From Dehalococcoidia bacterium (GTDB taxonomy: Bacteria > Chloroflexota > Dehalococcoidia > Lucifugimonadales > JADFKI01), in assembly GCA_965203955.1 (NCBI GenBank), contig OZ241923.1, positions 2,888,313 through 2,952,312 on the forward strand: 64,000 nt of DNA, in the 5' to 3' direction. A model generated the notes under the pieces. That model was not told the origin of the DNA, did no database searches, and saw only the letters and a list, made by a program, of their open reading frames with translations. Both the position numbers and the translations under genes were made by a program. Below, piece after piece: positions 19,219-28,812 of the stretch; the first letter of the stretch is position 1; each line of letters begins with the position of its first letter.

Positions 19219-19962
19219 ATGCGCTTCCATGTGCTGACAATCTTCCCGGGCATGTTCAGCGGTCCTTTGTCGGAGAGTATCATTTCTCGCGCGTTAGACA
19301 GCGGTCTAGTGGAGATTAATCTCTATGATATTCGCGAGAGTGCCACCGACAAGCATCGCACCGTGGATGACTACCCTTACGGCGGCGGGCACGGCATGGT
19401 GATGAAACCGGAGCCCATTTTCGATTCTTTCAGGCGAGTCAGAGACGACGCCAGTCTGAATGACACCGCCCCCGTAATTCTGCTGACCCCTCAGGGAACT
19501 CCGCTAACTCAACCCCTCGTGGAGCGATTGACCGGATACGATGATATTGTGCTCATTTGCGGTCGATATGAGGGCGTGGATGAGCGCGTCCAAGAGAATA
19601 TAGTAACTTGCGAAATCAGCGTAGGGGACTATGTTCTGAGCGGCGGCGAACTCGCTGCAATGATAGTCATAGATGCCGTTACCCGGCTCATTCCAGGCGC
19701 CGTAGGCTCCATTGAGTCCACTCAGGACGACTCCTTCTCTACGGGCCTTCTTCAGTTCCCTCAGTACACTCGTCCCCAGTCTTACGAGGGAAATGAAGTG
19801 CCTGAGATACTTCTGTCAGGAAATCATGGCGAGATCGAACGATGGCGCAGGCGTGAATCCTTGCGCCGGACCTTTGATCGACGTCCAGACCTGCTGGGTG
19901 ATGCGGACCTGTCTGCCGAAGATTGGGATTTCATTGACAGTCTGAAACAGGGGACTGGATAG
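19219..19962 (+). CDS. trmD: tRNA (guanine37-N1)-methyltransferase
   Basis: [25 protein letters not shown] and [11 protein letters not shown] motifs. The ATG lies 4 nt after the mog stop. Confidence 0.95.
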   Translation: MRFHVLTIFPGMFSGPLSESIISRALDSGLVEINLYDIRESATDKHRTVDDYPYGGGHGMVMKPEPIFDSFRRVRDDASLNDTAPVILLTPQGTPLTQPLVERLTGYDDIVLICGRYEGVDERVQENIVTCEISVGDYVLSGGELAAMIVIDAVTRLIPGAVGSIESTQDDSFSTGLLQFPQYTRPQSYEGNEVPEILLSGNHGEIERWRRRESLRRTFDRRPDLLGDADLSAEDWDFIDSLKQGTG

Positions 19963-20016
19963 GGTCATAGTTTCTGTCATTTTTCGTTTTGGTTTTACAA
20001 AGGGAGGGGCGACCAA

Positions 20017-20889
20017 ATGGATAAGCTAGAGTTCGTTGACTCGCACGTACATTTCTACGACATGCAACATCCCGAGCTGCATTATGGACACTGGCAACCG
20101 GATGTCGATCCACCCCTGATTGGCAAGCAGATGCGCAAGCTTGGAGAACGTAATTTTCTAGCAGAGGATTTCATCGAGACTACGCGAGCATCCAATGTAA
20201 CAAAGGCCGTGCACGTACAGGCTGCAATTGGATCCAAGGACCCGGTGAAGGAAACGGAGTGGCTTGAGGAGGCTGCTAAGCGGACAGGCTTTCCACATGC
20301 GATTGTGGCGCACGCCGACCTTAGAGATGCAAACGTTGAGTCCGTGCTTGAACGACACTGTGAATTTCCTCGGATGCGTGGAATCCGGGACTTCTCATAC
20401 GGGGACTTCCTTGTCGCCGACGACTTCCACAGAGGTTACTCGCTACTCGAAAAGTACGGACTGCACGCGAGCATTGCGGCTCAGTGCCAGGATATGGAAA
20501 AGCTGGTCGCGCTTGCGAACAGATTTCCAAACACTGCAATTGTGATTGACCACGCCGGCAATCCCGCTGAGCGCACAGACGAGTACTTCGAGTTATGGAA
20601 GCGTGGCATGGCAACCGCGGCGACAGCGGACAACATCATCTGCAAGATTTCGGGCTTGGGAATGGGAGATCATAACTGGACTGTGGAGGGCATTCGTCCC
20701 TGGGTGCTGGGGTGCATCGAAGCATTCGGCGTCGAACGCTGTATTTTCGCCACGAACTGGCCCGTTGACAGCCTCTTCAGCAGTTATGGCACACTCATCG
20801 ATGCCTATACGAAGATCGTCTCGGACTTCTCTGACGACGAGAAGCGCGACCTGTTCTCAAGAAATACGGAGAGGCTGTACAGGATCTAG
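20017..20889 (+). CDS. Amidohydrolase-2 family metal-dependent hydrolase (TIM barrel)
   Basis: FVDSHVHFYD N-terminal metal motif, IDHAG, and C-terminal ATNWPV. Confidence 0.8.
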   Translation: MDKLEFVDSHVHFYDMQHPELHYGHWQPDVDPPLIGKQMRKLGERNFLAEDFIETTRASNVTKAVHVQAAIGSKDPVKETEWLEEAAKRTGFPHAIVAHADLRDANVESVLERHCEFPRMRGIRDFSYGDFLVADDFHRGYSLLEKYGLHASIAAQCQDMEKLVALANRFPNTAIVIDHAGNPAERTDEYFELWKRGMATAATADNIICKISGLGMGDHNWTVEGIRPWVLGCIEAFGVERCIFATNWPVDSLFSSYGTLIDAYTKIVSDFSDDEKRDLFSRNTERLYRI

Positions 20890-20943
20890 CCTGCCCGGCG
20901 CAACCAATGTCAGCAGATAGGTGATTGGTTTGCAGGCAATCAA

Positions 20944-20972
20944 TTGACAAGTGCTGGAGTAACCCATAATCT
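20944..20972 (+). promoter_or_regulatory. Sigma70-like promoter candidate for the NifU-like gene
   Basis: TTGACA (20944-20949), then either CATAAT after 15 nt or TAATCT after 17 nt. A GAGGAGG RBS precedes the GTG at 21012. Confidence 0.35.
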
Positions 20973-21011
20973 CATCAATGGTATCGAATGCAGTAATAGA
21001 GGAGGCCCCAA

Positions 21012-21254
21012 GTGGCAGTAAATGCTGATCCTGGAGTTCAGGCAATTCTGGACAATATGCAGGTTATAGTCGGCTCAGAAGGCGGATCGCTTGAATACAT
21101 AGATATGAGGGGTGGGACTCTGACTGTCAAGTATCACAAGGGCGTGAACGAGGAATGTCCTGAGTGCGTGCCGGACCATGCACTGGTTGAGCAAATGTTC
21201 CGCACTTCAATGGCGACTTTCGCGCCTTACGTCAGGGATCTCGAATTGCTATAG
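21012..21254 (+). CDS. NifU-like (Nfu C-terminal domain) Fe-S scaffold/carrier protein
   Basis: GGSLEYIDMRGGTLTVKY...CPEC matches the NifU C-terminal CxxC domain pattern. Confidence 0.7.
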   Translation: MAVNADPGVQAILDNMQVIVGSEGGSLEYIDMRGGTLTVKYHKGVNEECPECVPDHALVEQMFRTSMATFAPYVRDLELL

Positions 21255-21260
21255 CATTCT

Positions 21261-22442
21261 TTACCTGATCATATCAAGATACTTGAGCCCTGAGCCCGTG
21301 TTGAGCAGCAGGATTGAATCGTCTGCTGAGATTGCGTCGGCCTTCAGCAACTTCCGAAGCGCCGCCGATAACGCTGCCCCTTCAGGGCATACGAACATGC
21401 CCTCAAGTGAAGCAACTGCGCGCATATCTGACAGAATCTCTTCTTCGCTGACCGTAATCGCGCCGCCGCCGCTCTCCCTGAGAGCCTGCAATATCAGGTA
21501 ATCGCCAATGGCGGCAGGCACGCGGATGCCCGCTGCGAGCGTGTCAGGGTTCTCCCATGGTTCGGCGAACTCGGTGCCTTCGTTGAAGGCACGGACGATA
21601 GGAGCGCATCCCTCTGACTGCACGGCGAACATCCTTGGACGCTTGCTGTCAATCCAGCCCATTGCTTCCATTTCGTGAAAAGCCTTCCACATTCCCACTA
21701 TGCCCGTGCCGCCACCTGTCGGGTAGAGAATTACATCCGGCAGAGTCCAGTTCATTTGCTCGGCAATCTCGTAGCCCATCGTCTTCTTGCCTTCGACGCG
21801 ATACGGCTCGCGCAGGGTAGAAACATCGAACAGTCCCAGTTCTTCCGCTCGCTCACCGGATATTCTTCCTGCATCTGTGATATAACCGTCCACAAGTTCC
21901 AGCTTTGCGCCGGTGATTTCGACCTCTACGCGGTTTGCCTCCGGAGCGTCCTTCGGCATGAAGACATAGGCCTCCATGCCCGCCTTTGCCGCGTATGCAG
22001 TCATCGCGCCTGCGGCGTTACCTGCCGATGGCATCGTCAGGCGAGTAATGCCCAGTTCCTTTGCTTTTGAGACCGCCGCCCCCAGACCGCGAGCCTTGAA
22101 CGACCCGGTGGGATTGAGGCCCTCGTCCTTGATATAGAGTGCGTTGCAGCCTGTGTCGGTGCCAAGTCTGTCGGCCTTGAATATAGGCGTGAACCCCTCA
22201 CCGAGCGTGACCATATTTTGCTCGTTACGCACGGGCATTACTTCAAAGTAGCGCCACATATTGGCAGGGCGATCCCGGAGGTCTTCCTTGCTGAAAGAAG
22301 CTCCTGCCGCTTTCAAGTCGTAGCGCGGGTATAGCACCTTGCCACATTCAGGGCATGTGCGGTGCGGCTCATCCGCAGAGTATTCAAGGCCGCAGTATGT
22401 GCATTCCAGATTCGTCAGAAAGCTCTTCATCTCATTTCCCAT
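21261..22442 (-). CDS. thrC: Threonine synthase with an N-terminal zinc ribbon
   Basis: CTYCG...CPECG ribbon, PLP lysine block NPTGSFKARG, and PSAGNAAGA. Confidence 0.88.
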   Translation of the reverse strand: MGNEMKSFLTNLECTYCGLEYSADEPHRTCPECGKVLYPRYDLKAAGASFSKEDLRDRPANMWRYFEVMPVRNEQNMVTLGEGFTPIFKADRLGTDTGCNALYIKDEGLNPTGSFKARGLGAAVSKAKELGITRLTMPSAGNAAGAMTAYAAKAGMEAYVFMPKDAPEANRVEVEITGAKLELVDGYITDAGRISGERAEELGLFDVSTLREPYRVEGKKTMGYEIAEQMNWTLPDVILYPTGGGTGIVGMWKAFHEMEAMGWIDSKRPRMFAVQSEGCAPIVRAFNEGTEFAEPWENPDTLAAGIRVPAAIGDYLILQALRESGGGAITVSEEEILSDMRAVASLEGMFVCPEGAALSAALRKLLKADAISADDSILLLNTGSGLKYLDMIR

Positions 22443-22471
22443 TCTGCTTGATGGCGGTTCTAACCTGTTCG

Positions 22472-22499
22472 TTGCATATTATACGCTTGGGGATATAAT
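22472..22499 (+). promoter_or_regulatory. Sigma70-like promoter for the aminotransferase gene (it overlaps a divergent TATAAT for thrC)
   Basis: TTGCAT, then 16 nt, then TATAAT (22494-22499). The opposite strand carries TATAAT at 22478-22483. Confidence 0.45.
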
Positions 22500-22546
22500 A
22501 CAGTCAGCCTTTGACAGACGGATGTTATCAAACTGGAAGGACGATT

Positions 22547-23881
22547 ATGGTTTCCACTATTGAGCAACGATACTATGACTTGCATGTCGGATCGGCAGAC
22601 CGCTGGGCGACGGCGCGCGACATCTTTCCTGACGGTGTAACTCACGACGGAAGGCGAATGTCGCCGTTCCCGCTGTACGGCACGCACGGGCAGGGAGGAG
22701 TGAAATGGGATGTGGACGGCAATCGCATAGTGGACTTCTGGACCGGACACGGCTCAATGCTCTTGGGACACGCGCATCCCGAAATTGTCAAAGTGGTGCA
22801 GGAACAAGTGGCAATAGGCACGCACTTGAGCATGTCTTCCGACCTGGAGATACGGTGGGCCCAGCTTGTTCAACAACTCATACCAAGCGCGGAGAAGGTG
22901 CGCTTCCATAGCTCCGGCACCGAAGCGACAATGATGGCGATTCGCATGGCGCGCGCATTTACGGGCAAGACGAAGGTCATCAAGTTCGAGGAGCACTTCC
23001 ACGGGTGGAGCGACTACCTTGCCGCCGGTGGCGCGGGATTGGGTGGTATTCCACAGGAGACCCTTAGCACGATGGTCGTGCTGCCGCCCAACGACATTGG
23101 TGCAGTGGAACAGGCGCTTCAGCGCAGCGACGACATCGCCGCAATCATTTTGGAGCCGACGGGCGCGCACATGGGACTGGAGCCGATTCGCCCCGGCTTC
23201 CTGCACGAACTGCGAGACATCACTGAGAAGAACGGTGTCGTGCTCATATTTGATGAGGTGGTGACGGGCTTCCGTGTGGCTAAGGGCGGCGCGCAGTCGC
23301 TGTACGGTGTGACGCCGGACATGACCACGATGGCGAAGATTCTTGGCGGGGGCCTGCCAGGCGGCGCCGTGGCGGGCAAGGCGGACATCATCAATATGAT
23401 AGAAGGCAGCAACGACCCGGACAGGCGCATAGCGCACAACGGGACGTTCAATGCCAACCCATTGTCTGCGGTGGCGGGCATAAGGGCTTTGGAACTGGTT
23501 GCCACGACGGATGTCAATGACCGAGCGGCAGCTATGGGCGAGCGACTGAAGGCAGGCATAAACGAGATGCTGACAAAGCTGGAGATACCTGGATGCGCTA
23601 CGGGCATTAATTCGCTTATCTTCCTGCGGCTCAACGTTGACGAGGACGCCGCCGATCCTGACAAGAATTCTAATGCGGCCCGTGATATGCGAAATTTGGA
23701 TGACGCGGAGATGCAGACTCAACTCAATTTGTCGATGCTCAACCACGGTGTTCACGCTGGCAACGCCCACGGTGGCGCTCGGTTCATTCTGAGCGCGGCA
23801 CACACCGAACAGGACATTGAAGAATCCGTTGATGCGATCGGCAACGCACTTGCAGATATAAGAGACCAAGGCCTCGTTTAG
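22547..23881 (+). CDS. Class III (PLP) aminotransferase, GSA-aminomutase-like (paralogue 2)
   Basis: Its N-terminus (MVSTIEQRY) parallels paralogue 1 (MATIEERY). It carries SSGTEAT, FDEVVTGFR and TTMAKI. GGAAGGA precedes the ATG at 22547. Confidence 0.88.
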   Translation: MVSTIEQRYYDLHVGSADRWATARDIFPDGVTHDGRRMSPFPLYGTHGQGGVKWDVDGNRIVDFWTGHGSMLLGHAHPEIVKVVQEQVAIGTHLSMSSDLEIRWAQLVQQLIPSAEKVRFHSSGTEATMMAIRMARAFTGKTKVIKFEEHFHGWSDYLAAGGAGLGGIPQETLSTMVVLPPNDIGAVEQALQRSDDIAAIILEPTGAHMGLEPIRPGFLHELRDITEKNGVVLIFDEVVTGFRVAKGGAQSLYGVTPDMTTMAKILGGGLPGGAVAGKADIINMIEGSNDPDRRIAHNGTFNANPLSAVAGIRALELVATTDVNDRAAAMGERLKAGINEMLTKLEIPGCATGINSLIFLRLNVDEDAADPDKNSNAARDMRNLDDAEMQTQLNLSMLNHGVHAGNAHGGARFILSAAHTEQDIEESVDAIGNALADIRDQGLV

Positions 23882-23900
23882 CGTCATCGAAGGACACCGG

Positions 23901-24833
23901 ATGCAAGACGACACCTACGATGTGATAATAATCGGCGGGGGTGCGGCAGGCCTGACGGCAGGCATTTACACTTGTCGCGCGGGACTGAAGACCTTGATGC
24001 TCGAACGACTGATGCCGGGCGGTCAGGTCATCAATGCGGAGAGCATCGAAAACTTTCCAGGATTTCCCGACGGCATCTCCGGTGCCGAGATCGGTCCACT
24101 TATGCAGCAGCAAGCGATGAATTACGGGCTGCAGATCCAGCTCGGTGAAGTCGATGAACTGACGATGGACGGCGATGGCTGGCGCGTATCCGCGTGGGGA
24201 CAAGAGCACACCAGCAAGGCGGTAATAATTGCCGGAGGATCAACGCTGAGAAAGTTGGGCGTGCCGGGTGAAGAGGAGTTTTTCGGCGCGGGCGTTTCCT
24301 ACTGTGCGACTTGCGATGGCGGATTCTTCATCAATCAGACCGTCGGTGTAGTAGGCGGTGGAGACTCGGCGCTCGACGAGGCACTCGTGCTGACAGAGTA
24401 TGCGAGCAAAGTAGTGGTTTTTCACCGTGGAAATGCGCTTTCAGGTGAGCAGATTCTTAGAGATCGTGTGCTGGCCAATCCAAAGATAGAAGTGCGCTGG
24501 AACACGACTGTTAGTGAGATATTGGGCGACCGGCAGGTTGAAGGTGTGTCCATCATGGACGAGACATCGGGTGAGACGTCACGCATCGACCTATCCGGGG
24601 TTTTCATATACATCGGATTGGACCCAAATACGGAATACCTACAGAGCCTGCTGCCACTGGATAACGCAGGGCATATCCCGACCGACATCTGGATGCACAG
24701 TGATACACGCGGCATCTTCGCGGCGGGCGACATACGCCAGAACTCTGCGGCCCAGCTAGTAAGCGCGGCTGGTGACGGGGCAACGGCGGCGATTGCGGCG
24801 CGGCGATACTTAGAGTCCTTAGCGGAAGGATAG
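23901..24833 (+). CDS. trxB: Thioredoxin-disulfide reductase
   Basis: GGGAAGLTAG FAD fold, redox CATCDG, GGGDSALDEA NADPH fold, and GDIR. Confidence 0.93.
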   Translation: MQDDTYDVIIIGGGAAGLTAGIYTCRAGLKTLMLERLMPGGQVINAESIENFPGFPDGISGAEIGPLMQQQAMNYGLQIQLGEVDELTMDGDGWRVSAWGQEHTSKAVIIAGGSTLRKLGVPGEEEFFGAGVSYCATCDGGFFINQTVGVVGGGDSALDEALVLTEYASKVVVFHRGNALSGEQILRDRVLANPKIEVRWNTTVSEILGDRQVEGVSIMDETSGETSRIDLSGVFIYIGLDPNTEYLQSLLPLDNAGHIPTDIWMHSDTRGIFAAGDIRQNSAAQLVSAAGDGATAAIAARRYLESLAEG

Positions 24834-24903
24834 TCCAGGAGAGATTGTGGATGGTGCCCCACCACCGTTCCGCTAGCGGTACTTGAAACTAGAGAGACGC
24901 AAT

Positions 24904-26088
24904 ATGGACTTCAATTTCACACAAGAACAGCAAGACTTCCGACACGAAGTACGCGATTTCCTCGTCGACAACCTTGGCGAGGACTGGAACGGCATTGTCC
25001 CGGATGATTACTTCACCGATGAGAACTGGAAGACCATACGTAATCTGACAGGAAGGCTCGTGGATCAGGGCTGGCTTACGCTCGCCTGGCCGGAGGAATA
25101 CGGCGGGCAGGGCAGGCCGCACATCGAGCAGATGATTTACAACGAGGAGACCGCTTACTTCCGCGCACCCACGCGGGATACGAGCATGGGCACCCACATG
25201 GTTGGTCCATCCATCATGCTCTATGGGTCCGATGAACAGAAGGCGCGCTTCCTGCCTGAGATCGCGGACGGCTCAGCAGTCTATTGCCAGGGGTTCAGTG
25301 AGCCCGAATCGGGGTCTGACCTTGCTTCGCTGCAGCTTCGCGCAGTCGAGGATGGCGACGACTTTGTTCTCAGCGGCTCCAAGATATGGACCAGCGGCGC
25401 GCAGCGCGCCAATCGCTGCTACATAATGGTGCGAACGGACCCAGACGCGCCCAAGCACCGCGGTATAAGCGTGTTCATCGTGGATATGAAGACCCCTGGA
25501 ATCGAAGTGGCGCCCATCATCAATATGTTCGGTGTGCACTACTTTAATCAAGTATTCTTTGAAAACGTGCGCGTGCCAAAGCAGAACATGATTGGTGAGA
25601 TGAACCGAGGATGGTATGTCGCCGCGACCACTTTGGACTTCGAAAGATCGGGAGTGGGGCGGTACGGCTCTAACCGCCGCGACCTTGAAGAGCTTGCAGG
25701 TCTGTCCAGAGAGATTAAGCTGAACGGGAGTACGCTCAGCAAAGATCCGAAATTCCGAAGTAGGCTTGCCGAACTCTGGACGGCAAACGAGGCAGGCAGG
25801 ATGGTCGCCTACAACGTCGCGTGGATGCAGAGTGAAGGTCTTGTGCCGAACAAGGAGGCATCTGCGGCAAAGTTGGTTGGAAGCGAGATCAGCCAGCGTA
25901 TCAGCCAGCTTGGGATGCAGATGCTGGGCCTGTATGGGCTGCTGGACGAAGGATCGAAGTGGGCGTACATCAATGGCAGAATCGCGCAGCAATGGATGGA
26001 CTCGGTGTCGCTGACCATTCGTGCCGGAACGTCGGAGATTCAGCGCAATATTATTGCCAGCCGTGGGCTAGGTCTGCCGAGAGGCTAG
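24904..26088 (+). CDS. Acyl-CoA dehydrogenase
   Basis: MDFNFTQEQQDFR, FSEPESGSDLASL and GTSEIQRNIIA blocks. The ORF track starts at 24883. Confidence 0.9.
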   Translation: MDFNFTQEQQDFRHEVRDFLVDNLGEDWNGIVPDDYFTDENWKTIRNLTGRLVDQGWLTLAWPEEYGGQGRPHIEQMIYNEETAYFRAPTRDTSMGTHMVGPSIMLYGSDEQKARFLPEIADGSAVYCQGFSEPESGSDLASLQLRAVEDGDDFVLSGSKIWTSGAQRANRCYIMVRTDPDAPKHRGISVFIVDMKTPGIEVAPIINMFGVHYFNQVFFENVRVPKQNMIGEMNRGWYVAATTLDFERSGVGRYGSNRRDLEELAGLSREIKLNGSTLSKDPKFRSRLAELWTANEAGRMVAYNVAWMQSEGLVPNKEASAAKLVGSEISQRISQLGMQMLGLYGLLDEGSKWAYINGRIAQQWMDSVSLTIRAGTSEIQRNIIASRGLGLPRG

Positions 26089-26092
26089 GCAC

Positions 26093-26467
26093 TTGCTCCT
26101 CTGGACGCTGGTAGCACTTGGTGGGGCGCTTGGCGCGATCTCCCGCTTTGCCGTTGACCGCATGGTCAACGAACTGCTTGGCACGGTGGTGCTGGGAACA
26201 TTCGTGACGAACATAAGCGGTTCGTTTCTTCTTGGAGTTCTGGTCGCGGTGGCAGGAGGACGCGTCGGGCTGTCGGAGGAAGTCAGAGCGGTGGCGGCAA
26301 TCGGCTTTCTAGGGTCTTACACGACATTCTCCACCCTTACGGTCGCCAGTGTTCAGCTTGCTGCAGATGGTGATTGGTTGCGTGCTTTCACCAACATCGT
26401 AGGCAGCATCGTTGTCGGCATTCTAGCAGCGCTTGTCGGCATCCTCGTGGGCAGGGCGGCATTCTAA
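26093..26467 (+). CDS. crcB: Fluoride ion channel CrcB/FluC
   Basis: 124 aa with 4 TM helices and GGALGAISRF / GSYTTFST motifs. It starts 4 nt after the ACAD stop. Confidence 0.88.
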   Translation: MLLWTLVALGGALGAISRFAVDRMVNELLGTVVLGTFVTNISGSFLLGVLVAVAGGRVGLSEEVRAVAAIGFLGSYTTFSTLTVASVQLAADGDWLRAFTNIVGSIVVGILAALVGILVGRAAF

Positions 26468-26500
26468 TTGGCTGCCTGGCTTATCCATCGGGATTTCGGG

Positions 26501-27370
26501 CTAAAACGCATCGACTCCCCCGCGAATCGCCAGAATTGCGCCGACAGCCAGTAGAACCAAGCCCATCGCTAGGATGAGATTTGTTAGCTGCACCCTTCCG
26601 GTGAGCTTCGCGCCGTAGTAGCTGCCAATCATCGCGGCAGCGCCCATCAGCACCAGAAGGGCGTAATCGACCTCTCCCTGCAACACATGCCCGACCCAGC
26701 CGAATGCGCCAATCAACATACCAATGAAGAGATTCGTTCCGGCGGCTATCCGTGGGTCAACACGCAGGATGCGAATTAGGGCAGGCAGTCGAATACTGCC
26801 GAGTATCAGCCCGACCGCGCCGCCCAGCAGCCCAACCCCCAACCCTATGCCGGCTTCTGCGGACATACGACCGGGTGTGGATGTTCCCTCGGAGCCGGAG
26901 AGTTCCCCGCCGAATAGGTTAGTGTCGGTTACTCCCTCCCTCCTGCGCTCGCGTGCCATTATCAGGAACTCCACGCCCTGCCAGAAGACGAGAAGCCCGG
27001 CGAGCAGTATTAGAATGCCCTCTGGCGCAGCGTCACTAAGGAAGCCCCCGATGAAGGCTCCTATGAATGCTGGGACTCCCATGACTAGCACTATGCGCAA
27101 ATTGACCCGTCCCTCGCGAAGATGACGGATCGCGCCCGTAAGCGACGCTAAGCCGCTGACCAGGATGTTCGTGCCACCGGCTATGGGAGCAGCCATTCCA
27201 AAGAGCAGCATCGCAGGCAGACGAATCGTGCCAAGTGCAAGTCCGACGAATCCGCCGAGAATGCCCACCGCAAAGGAGATGACGGTCAGCAGAGCCGCCA
27301 TCCAGATTTCAATGCCCGAAGCAAATTCAAACTCACCCAATGTTCGATCCTCCACGCTGACTGAATTCAA
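26501..27370 (-). CDS. TauE/SafE family anion (sulfite-type) exporter
   Basis: About 8 TM helices with an internal duplication and G-rich helices typical of TauE/SafE. Confidence 0.7.
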   Translation of the reverse strand: MNSVSVEDRTLGEFEFASGIEIWMAALLTVISFAVGILGGFVGLALGTIRLPAMLLFGMAAPIAGGTNILVSGLASLTGAIRHLREGRVNLRIVLVMGVPAFIGAFIGGFLSDAAPEGILILLAGLLVFWQGVEFLIMARERRREGVTDTNLFGGELSGSEGTSTPGRMSAEAGIGLGVGLLGGAVGLILGSIRLPALIRILRVDPRIAAGTNLFIGMLIGAFGWVGHVLQGEVDYALLVLMGAAAMIGSYYGAKLTGRVQLTNLILAMGLVLLAVGAILAIRGGVDAF

Positions 27371-27378
27371 GCGGGAAT

Positions 27379-28812
27379 CTAAGTCTCCGAGTCCCGCGAT
27401 CTGCCCTTTGCGTTGGCGACTCGTTCAAGTTCGACTCGCATTTCATCTATCTGCTGCCTGGTAGATGGATGATTCCCATAACAAGCGCGCGCAAAAGCCC
27501 TGGTGGCCATGCGCACGAGTCGCCGTGGAAAGACCCTCTCCAGCGTGGACTGAAATTCCAACGGAGTCTCGCTGAAATGCCTGGGGTGTTCGCGCTCCTC
27601 AGCCAGCATCAGCATACCGAAATATATGCGAAATACGTCGGTGATATTCGGGTCACCGACGGGAACGCGAAGTGGACGCTCAACGCTGCGCCTGCGGAAG
27701 CGCGAAGGGAGCATGTTGAACAATAGGTTCGCAAAATCGTATGTAACGTCCGCTCCTTCGATCAGGGATTCGCGCTGTCCCTCGGCAGCCTCACGCCTCT
27801 GTCGATAACGCCGTCGGAATGCCAAAGCCATCACCAGCAGCGCGCCGGCAATTATTGCTGCCACGATGGACCACTGCAGAATTTGCAGCAGAAGCAGAGC
27901 TGCCGGCTCCGGATCGCTGTCTCTCGCAAAACCTTCGAATGCTCCAACACCCTCTGGTAGTGCTAAGGCTCTGTCCTGTTGTGGCTCACCGCCAAGCCAC
28001 AACAACAGAGCAAATATCCCTCTCGTTATGAAATCTATGACGTAAGCAAGTGGGAAAATTATGACATAGAAGACTACGGTTGCCAGCAATTCCAGCGCCC
28101 ACAGCAGCGGTGCCGCGATTGCGGAGAGAACGTCTCGCTGAAGCAGGCTGAACAGCAGGCCCAATACGACGAGCGCCCCTACTATGCCGCCGATTACGCG
28201 CGTCCAGGCACTCGTTACATTCGCCTGCCGGGATGTGGGGGCCATGTGGGCTACTGCCAGACCTGCAACGCCGGACGCGAAGAAGATGAACATCATTGGA
28301 AATACATTCAGATCGGCGGAGTTGGCTATGTCTATGACAGCTGCAATAGCGAGAACGACAATTCCAATCCGGAAGCTCAGACCGAGACTCTCTGCAGGAA
28401 TTTCCGCTCCCCCTATACGGCCGCCACGCCACCAGAGCGCCGCACCCCCCAAGCTGCCATATAGTGCTCTCAGAGTGAACTTCTCCGGTGCTTCGCCTGA
28501 GGTTAGAACGCCGATCCAACCGAGGTTCAAGGCATCCGATTCCGGTGACACCTGCGAGGCAACCATGAGATAAACGACAATGATGCCTGCCATCATCTGC
28601 AAGGCATACGCCAGAAGCGACGGTATCGCGACCATTGACAACAGACGGCCCCAAACCAGAGAAATCGCCATTACCGCAAGCACAGCAATCCACGAGATCG
28701 GGCTGCTGGTCGCTCCAAACGGAAAACTGAGGATCCCGAGCAGAGCGACGAGCCAAGCGCTTTCTGACAGAAGAAGCGCGGCGGTAACCAAGTTCTCACG
28801 TGTCGGAGTCAT
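27379..28812 (-). CDS. Polytopic membrane protein with a C-terminal DUF4129 domain
   Basis: About 10 TM helices followed by TPLEFQSTLERVFP...FARACYGNHPST (DUF4129-like). It overlaps the DUF58 gene by 4 nt. Confidence 0.7.
   Translation of the reverse strand: MTPTRENLVTAALLLSESAWLVALLGILSFPFGATSSPISWIAVLAVMAISLVWGRLLSMVAIPSLLAYALQMMAGIIVVYLMVASQVSPESDALNLGWIGVLTSGEAPEKFTLRALYGSLGGAALWWRGGRIGGAEIPAESLGLSFRIGIVVLAIAAVIDIANSADLNVFPMMFIFFASGVAGLAVAHMAPTSRQANVTSAWTRVIGGIVGALVVLGLLFSLLQRDVLSAIAAPLLWALELLATVVFYVIIFPLAYVIDFITRGIFALLLWLGGEPQQDRALALPEGVGAFEGFARDSDPEPAALLLLQILQWSIVAAIIAGALLVMALAFRRRYRQRREAAEGQRESLIEGADVTYDFANLLFNMLPSRFRRRSVERPLRVPVGDPNITDVFRIYFGMLMLAEEREHPRHFSETPLEFQSTLERVFPRRLVRMATRAFARACYGNHPSTRQQIDEMRVELERVANAKGRSRDSET

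Noticed and set aside
22754-23914. A 386 aa ORF on the minus strand. Similar long ORFs occur at 61274-62251, 49726-50490, 44129-44857, 44977-45660, 25273-25992, 27986-28756 and 15273-15926.
   Set aside because: Each lies antisense to, or in an alternative frame of, a gene with unmistakable family motifs (aminotransferase, trpS, CoA-transferase, rsmI, MaoC, ACAD, the DUF4129 membrane protein, ftsZ). Their translations are Arg/Ala/Pro/Ser-rich and low in complexity. These are shadow ORFs typical of GC-rich DNA.
26089-26092. A fluoride riboswitch upstream of crcB.
   Set aside because: Only 4 nt separate the acyl-CoA dehydrogenase stop from the crcB start, leaving no room for a crcB-motif RNA. 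None is visible upstream of the ACAD or trxB genes either.
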